Source: Polyangiales bacterium
GTDB lineage: Bacteria; Myxococcota_A; Polyangia; Polyangiales; Ga0077539
Direction of reading: 5' to 3'
Length of the DNA stretch: 64,000 bases
Assembly: GCA_044229975.1 (NCBI GenBank)
Contig: JBGARZ010000005.1
Span: 96,001 to 160,000 of the forward strand
A model generated the notes under the pieces. That model did no database searches. It was given only the letters and a program-made list of their open reading frames with translations, and was not told the DNA's origin. Each line of letters opens with the position of its first letter. The first letter of the stretch is position 1. Position numbers and translations under genes: made by a program. This document shows positions 60,021 to 64,000 of this stretch, one piece after another.

Positions 60021-60099
60021 TTGTGTCGTCGCCGATGCCTTTCTGCCGGAGAGTCGCGCGACCCCGTTCGACCCCACCCACCAACCAACGGGTTGATCA

Positions 60100-60834
60100 A
60101 TGAACGCAGTGGAGTTTCGGGTGTCCGCTCAACCAACGTGTCCGCCGGCGGAGCCCCGAACACGTGCGCAGCTCACCGATGAGCTCGCCAAGAAGTACCT
60201 CGTGCGGGTCATCGCCCACGCGAAGCGCCTCGCCCGCCGACTCCCTCCGCACATAGCCCTCAACGAACTCATCAGCGCCGGGCTGCTCGGCGTCGTCGAG
60301 GGCTTTCTCCGCTTCGATCACGACCGGGCCGAGAGCCTCGACGTCTACCTCGATCACCGCATCCGCGGCGCCCTCCTCGATGAGCTGCGCCGCGTCGACC
60401 CCCTGACGCGCGCCCAGCGCGGCTTTGCCCGCAAGCTTGGCCGCGCCACGCGCCACGCCACCGCCGCCGGCGAGAGCACCTCCGACGAGTCCCTGGCTGG
60501 TGCGCTCGGTCTCAGCCTCACCGACCTCCGCGCCCGCGTCTCCCAGGTGAGCGTCGCGATGGCGATACAGTCCACGGGCGAGCAGGACGGCGGCGAGCAC
60601 GTCGAGGACGAGTCGCCCTCGCCCGACGACGCCGCGTCCGCGCAGCAGGAGTACTCGCTTCTCTCCGACGCGACCGACGCCCTCACGCCGCGCGAGCGCG
60701 AGGTGCTGCGCCTCTACTACGAAGAAGGCCAGACCCTCCGGGAGATCGGTGCGCAGCTCGGCGTGACCGAGTCGCGCGTCTCCCAGATCCACACCCGCGC
60801 CATCCAGAGCCTGCGCACGATGCTCTCCCCCTAA
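60100..60834 (+). CDS. fliA: FliA/WhiG-family sigma-28 factor
   Basis: RLPPH....ELISAG..G......FD......Y...RIRGALLDELR..D; L..RER.VL.LYY.E..TL.EIG..LGVTESRVSQIH..A. Confidence 0.92.
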   Translation: MNAVEFRVSAQPTCPPAEPRTRAQLTDELAKKYLVRVIAHAKRLARRLPPHIALNELISAGLLGVVEGFLRFDHDRAESLDVYLDHRIRGALLDELRRVDPLTRAQRGFARKLGRATRHATAAGESTSDESLAGALGLSLTDLRARVSQVSVAMAIQSTGEQDGGEHVEDESPSPDDAASAQQEYSLLSDATDALTPREREVLRLYYEEGQTLREIGAQLGVTESRVSQIHTRAIQSLRTMLSP

Positions 60835-60838
60835 GGCT

Positions 60839-60860
60839 CGGCGCGTCGCGACACGCGCCG
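60839..60860 (+). terminator. GC hairpin immediately after fliA
   Basis: CGGCGCGT-cgcgac-ACGCGCCG (8-bp stem) 4 nt after the stop; no clear U tract. Confidence 0.35.
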
Positions 60861-60964
60861 TCACTTCACTTCACACCACTCATCACCGATCGATCTTCTC
60901 TTGCAGTCGATTCAAAGCCACATGTGGCGCGCGTCACCCGTTGATTGAATTCGTCGCTCAAGCC

Positions 60965-60991
60965 TCAAGCTAGATCGTCCACGGTCGATAA
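60965..60991 (+). promoter_or_regulatory. Sigma-28 promoter upstream of the Ser/Thr kinase
   Basis: TCAAG-N14-GTCGATAA; one mismatch to TCAAG-N14-GCCGATAA. Confidence 0.7.
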
Positions 60992-61119
60992 TGGAAAGGG
61001 AGGGGTCACGGCGCGACGTGTTTGTGACCGCGCAGCGGCCCCGGCTGCCCCGACGGCTCCTTCCAGAGACGGCGGGTGACTTTGGGGGACGGTGAGAGCG
61101 GGAGGAGGTCCGGGCGTTG

Positions 61120-62478
61120 ATGGGAGAGATGGTGCTGTTGAAGTCGGGAACGCTGGTGGCTTCCCGATACCGGGTGAGAGAGGTTCTTGGCCGGGGCGGC
61201 ATGGGGGCGGTGTACCGGGCGGACGACACGCGCACGGGCCACGTGGTCGCTCTCAAGGCGCTGCGCGAGGACATGTACGAGCGGGAAGACCTCGTGAAGC
61301 GCTTCGAGCGCGAGGCCCGCGCGGCGGCTCGCATCGGCCACGAGGGCATCATCGCGGTGCGTGCGGTCGGTCACGACGGGGCGCGGCGCACCCGGTTCAT
61401 CGTGCACGAGTACCTGCGCGGAGCGGACGTCGCCGGCTGCCTGGGTGAGCTCCGGTGCCTGCCGGTGCGGGCCGCCATCGCGATCACGCTCCGGGTGATG
61501 GACGCCCTCATCGCCGCGCACGCCGCGGGCATCGTGCATCGCGACATCAAGCCCGAGAACGTCTTCCTCCACGAGCTCGACGACGGGCGGGTGGTGCCGA
61601 AGGTGATCGACTTCGGCATCGCGAAGGTCAGCGACGAGCTCGATCGCATGGAGCGCGCCGCGACCGGCACCGTCGTGGGGACGCCCTGGTACATGTCCCC
61701 CGAGCAGGCCCAGGGTTCGTCCCTGGTCGACGCGCGCACGGACGTCTGGAGCGTCGGGGCCATGCTCTACGAGATGGTGTGCGGCTCTCCCCCCTTCGCC
61801 GGGTCAGACCCCGACGCCGTGATGGCGCAGATCATCTTCGGGCGGCCGACCCCCCTCCGGCACCACGGGCCCACCGTACCCACCGATCTCCAGGAGGTCA
61901 TCCACCGCGCGTTGGAGCACGACCTCGACCGGCGGTACGCCACGATGGCGGAGTTTCGCGCGGCCCTCGTCCGTTGCCAGCTCTGGAGCGACGTGACGCC
62001 GGCCGACGCCCAGTCGTTTCTGCCGCGACCGAGTTCGTTCGACACCCTGGCCGACGAGTCGGCGACACAACCCGAACCCGACCTCCTCGATCGAGCGCTC
62101 GTCGAGCCCGAACCCGTCACGCCGCCGAGCGCCCCTCTGCCCGAAGCCCCGCCGGAGCTCTCGTTTCCGAGCTCCCGGCCCGGTCGCTCGATCCCCAGCG
62201 CCGACGCCCTGACGATGCGCGGGCTCCACGACCGGCCCGCGGGGCACACACCCCCTTCCGGCGATACGTCCCCGGCGCCAACGCCACGTCGGCGCAAGGT
62301 TCACCCCGGGGTGGGCGTCGCGCTCACCATGCTGTTCGGCGCTGTCCTCGTGGCGGGCGTCACCCATTGGATCCACCGCCCGCTGCTCGATCATCTCTCG
62401 GGCCGACCCCGCGCCGGGACGACGTTTGCTCCGACCGGAGCACTTTCTGACTCAACCATGCGGGGCAACAGCCGATAG
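61120..62478 (+). CDS. Ser/Thr protein kinase with C-terminal TM helix
   Basis: GRGGMGAVY, VALK, HRDIKPEN, DFG, YMSPEQ; GGAGG SD upstream. Confidence 0.94.
   Translation: MGEMVLLKSGTLVASRYRVREVLGRGGMGAVYRADDTRTGHVVALKALREDMYEREDLVKRFEREARAAARIGHEGIIAVRAVGHDGARRTRFIVHEYLRGADVAGCLGELRCLPVRAAIAITLRVMDALIAAHAAGIVHRDIKPENVFLHELDDGRVVPKVIDFGIAKVSDELDRMERAATGTVVGTPWYMSPEQAQGSSLVDARTDVWSVGAMLYEMVCGSPPFAGSDPDAVMAQIIFGRPTPLRHHGPTVPTDLQEVIHRALEHDLDRRYATMAEFRAALVRCQLWSDVTPADAQSFLPRPSSFDTLADESATQPEPDLLDRALVEPEPVTPPSAPLPEAPPELSFPSSRPGRSIPSADALTMRGLHDRPAGHTPPSGDTSPAPTPRRRKVHPGVGVALTMLFGAVLVAGVTHWIHRPLLDHLSGRPRAGTTFAPTGALSDSTMRGNSR
62452..62478 (+). promoter_or_regulatory. Sigma-28 promoter upstream of the GGDEF gene
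   Basis: TCAAC-N14-GCCGATAG overlapping the last codons of the kinase; AAGGAG SD follows. Confidence 0.68.
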
Positions 62479-62500
62479 GTACAATTCAAGGAGCCCTGCC

Positions 62501-63145
62501 ATGATTCGTCCGCGCCCCCCCACCGAAGAGACCGCCTCCCGCGCGATCAACCACCACCGCGAGCTCGCCTGCCTCCTGGGGCACGAAGCGCGAGGGCCCG
62601 GCGCAGACGACCTCGACACCCTGCGCGACCTGGGGTGCACGCTGGAGCGGGAGATCGAGCGCTTCGAGGCGTCGAGCTTCGACGCGCTGACGGGGCTCGC
62701 CAACCGCAGCGGGCTCCTCTCCCTCGGCGAGGAGATGCTCTCCATCTCGCAGTCCGCCGACGAGGGCGCGGCGGTGCTCTTCATCGACCTCGAAGACTTC
62801 AAGCCCATCAACGAGCGCTTCGGCACGATGGCCGGCGACCAGGCGCTGCGCGACCTCGCGCGCATCCTCGAAGGCAACTTCCGCGGAAGCGACCTCGTGG
62901 CGCGGCTCGGCGCGGACGAGTTCTGCGTGCTCATGGCACCGTACAACGACAAGAGCGACGACTTCGGGGTGACCTCGCGGGTGCAGGCCGCCATCGACCG
63001 CTACAACGAGACGGCCGGGGTTCCGTGGACGCTGCACGTCCATATCGGGGGCGCGCGGTGCCAGCCGGGCATGGGGCTCGACCGCCTGCTCTCCCTCGCC
63101 GACGCACGCATGACCGAGGCGCGCGAGCGCTCCGAGGGGCAGTAG
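62501..63145 (+). CDS. GGDEF-domain protein (diguanylate cyclase, GADEF variant, RxxD I-site)
   Basis: DALTGLANR, FIDLEDFK.IN..FG..AGD, RGSD-LVARL-GADEF, AD.RM. Confidence 0.9.
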   Translation: MIRPRPPTEETASRAINHHRELACLLGHEARGPGADDLDTLRDLGCTLEREIERFEASSFDALTGLANRSGLLSLGEEMLSISQSADEGAAVLFIDLEDFKPINERFGTMAGDQALRDLARILEGNFRGSDLVARLGADEFCVLMAPYNDKSDDFGVTSRVQAAIDRYNETAGVPWTLHVHIGGARCQPGMGLDRLLSLADARMTEARERSEGQ

Positions 63146-63226
63146 CGCGACGCCGTGTGGCGGCGCCTCCGCCCTTTGCGACGAACGGCGAGATGAACTA
63201 AGCAACGGCCTGAGGAGTAGCGCCGG

Positions 63227-64000
63227 ATGCACAGTTCATCGAAGGTTCCGTGGATGCTCGGGTTGATGGGTGGACTCGCCGTGGCCTGCGGCAGCAACGC
63301 CGGGACGTCCCCGACGCCGACCATGGACGCCGCGGTCGCGACGGGCGACACCGCGGTCACCCCCGACTCGGGCGCGACCCCCGACACGGGCCCCGCGGGT
63401 CTCGCGGTGCTCGGCAACGGCACCCACAGCGCCGACGCGGTCTCCATCCGCACCATCGCGACGGGCGACGACACGCTCGCCACGCCGCGCGACGTTGCGT
63501 TCAACCCCGAGACGCCGCGTGAGCTCTGGGTGCTCAACTATGCCGACAGCTCGATGACCATCATCCGCAACGCGGGCGCCGCCGATCAAAACGCCGACAA
63601 CCGCGCGGGCCCGCAGCACACGCACTTCATGTCGCACCCGTCGAGCCTGGCCTTCGGCGCGCCGGGCATGCTCGCCACCGCCCACGAGGAAGACCAGCCC
63701 ACGCAGGGCCCCGTCGAGCGCGGCGGCACCCCGGGCAACTTCATGGGCCCCACGCTCTGGCTCTCCGGCTACGACGAGTTCGACGGCGGCCACGCGTCGC
63801 ACATCGACATGCTCCACAACAGCCCCAACGCCGTGGGCATCGCGTGGGAGGTCGACAACGCCTACTGGGTCGTCGACGGCGCTCACCACTCGCTCACCCG
63901 CTACGACTTCCGCATGCCGCACGAGCCCGGCGGCACCGACCACTCAGGCGCGGTCGTGCGGCGCTTCGTCGAGAACGAGATCGGCTATGTCGAGGGCGTC
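63227..64000 (+). CDS. Lipoprotein with probable beta-propeller, 3'-partial
   Basis: Absent from the ORF track because it runs off the edge. GAGGAG SD; MHSSSKVPWMLGLMGGLAVAC lipobox; PRDVAFNP..ELWV.N, HFM..PSSLAFG, FMGPTLW, SHIDMLH.SP...GIAW. Confidence 0.75.
   Translation, partial: MHSSSKVPWMLGLMGGLAVACGSNAGTSPTPTMDAAVATGDTAVTPDSGATPDTGPAGLAVLGNGTHSADAVSIRTIATGDDTLATPRDVAFNPETPRELWVLNYADSSMTIIRNAGAADQNADNRAGPQHTHFMSHPSSLAFGAPGMLATAHEEDQPTQGPVERGGTPGNFMGPTLWLSGYDEFDGGHASHIDMLHNSPNAVGIAWEVDNAYWVVDGAHHSLTRYDFRMPHEPGGTDHSGAVVRRFVENEIGYVEGV

Noticed and set aside
60010..60038. GCCGATGC upstream of fliA as an autoregulatory sigma-28 promoter
   Set aside because: No TAAA/TCAA element at the required spacing.
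59781..60182. Short ORFs in the fliA upstream region and at 60912..61352
   Set aside because: No motifs, atypical codon usage, and overlap with regulatory elements or real genes.
62501..63145. Hypr-type (cGAMP-forming) GGDEF
   Set aside because: The specificity position retains Asp (AGD), not the Ser of Hypr enzymes.

Overview
High-GC chromosomal window whose gene content points to Myxococcota (Polyangia-like): three Ser/Thr kinases, Cys-rich lipoproteins, an ECF sigma/anti-sigma module, TamB/Omp85 and PEP-CTERM-type EPS genes. About 50 protein genes can be supported, including the housekeeping genes gmk, yicC, pssA, guaB and moaA. I found no rRNA, tRNA, CRISPR array or transposase. All family calls come from reading motifs, not from database searches. 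The best candidate for an undescribed system is a translationally coupled two-gene, four-domain NAD-type cassette at 17.0-20.2 kb. It encodes an NH3-dependent NAD synthetase fused to a 2OG-Fe(II) dioxygenase, followed by a eukaryote-type NMN adenylyltransferase fused to a PRTase-like domain, with a NADAR gene 1.5 kb away. Other notable items: an orphan tandem BrxD/DUF2791 ATPase with a degenerate N-terminal copy; a FliA (sigma-28) gene whose two downstream neighbours (kinase and GGDEF) each carry a near-consensus sigma-28 promoter; three long palindromes sharing a CGCAAG x3 core; a frameshifted, catalytically degenerate Doc-like toxin-antitoxin pair; and several apparently leaderless promoters.
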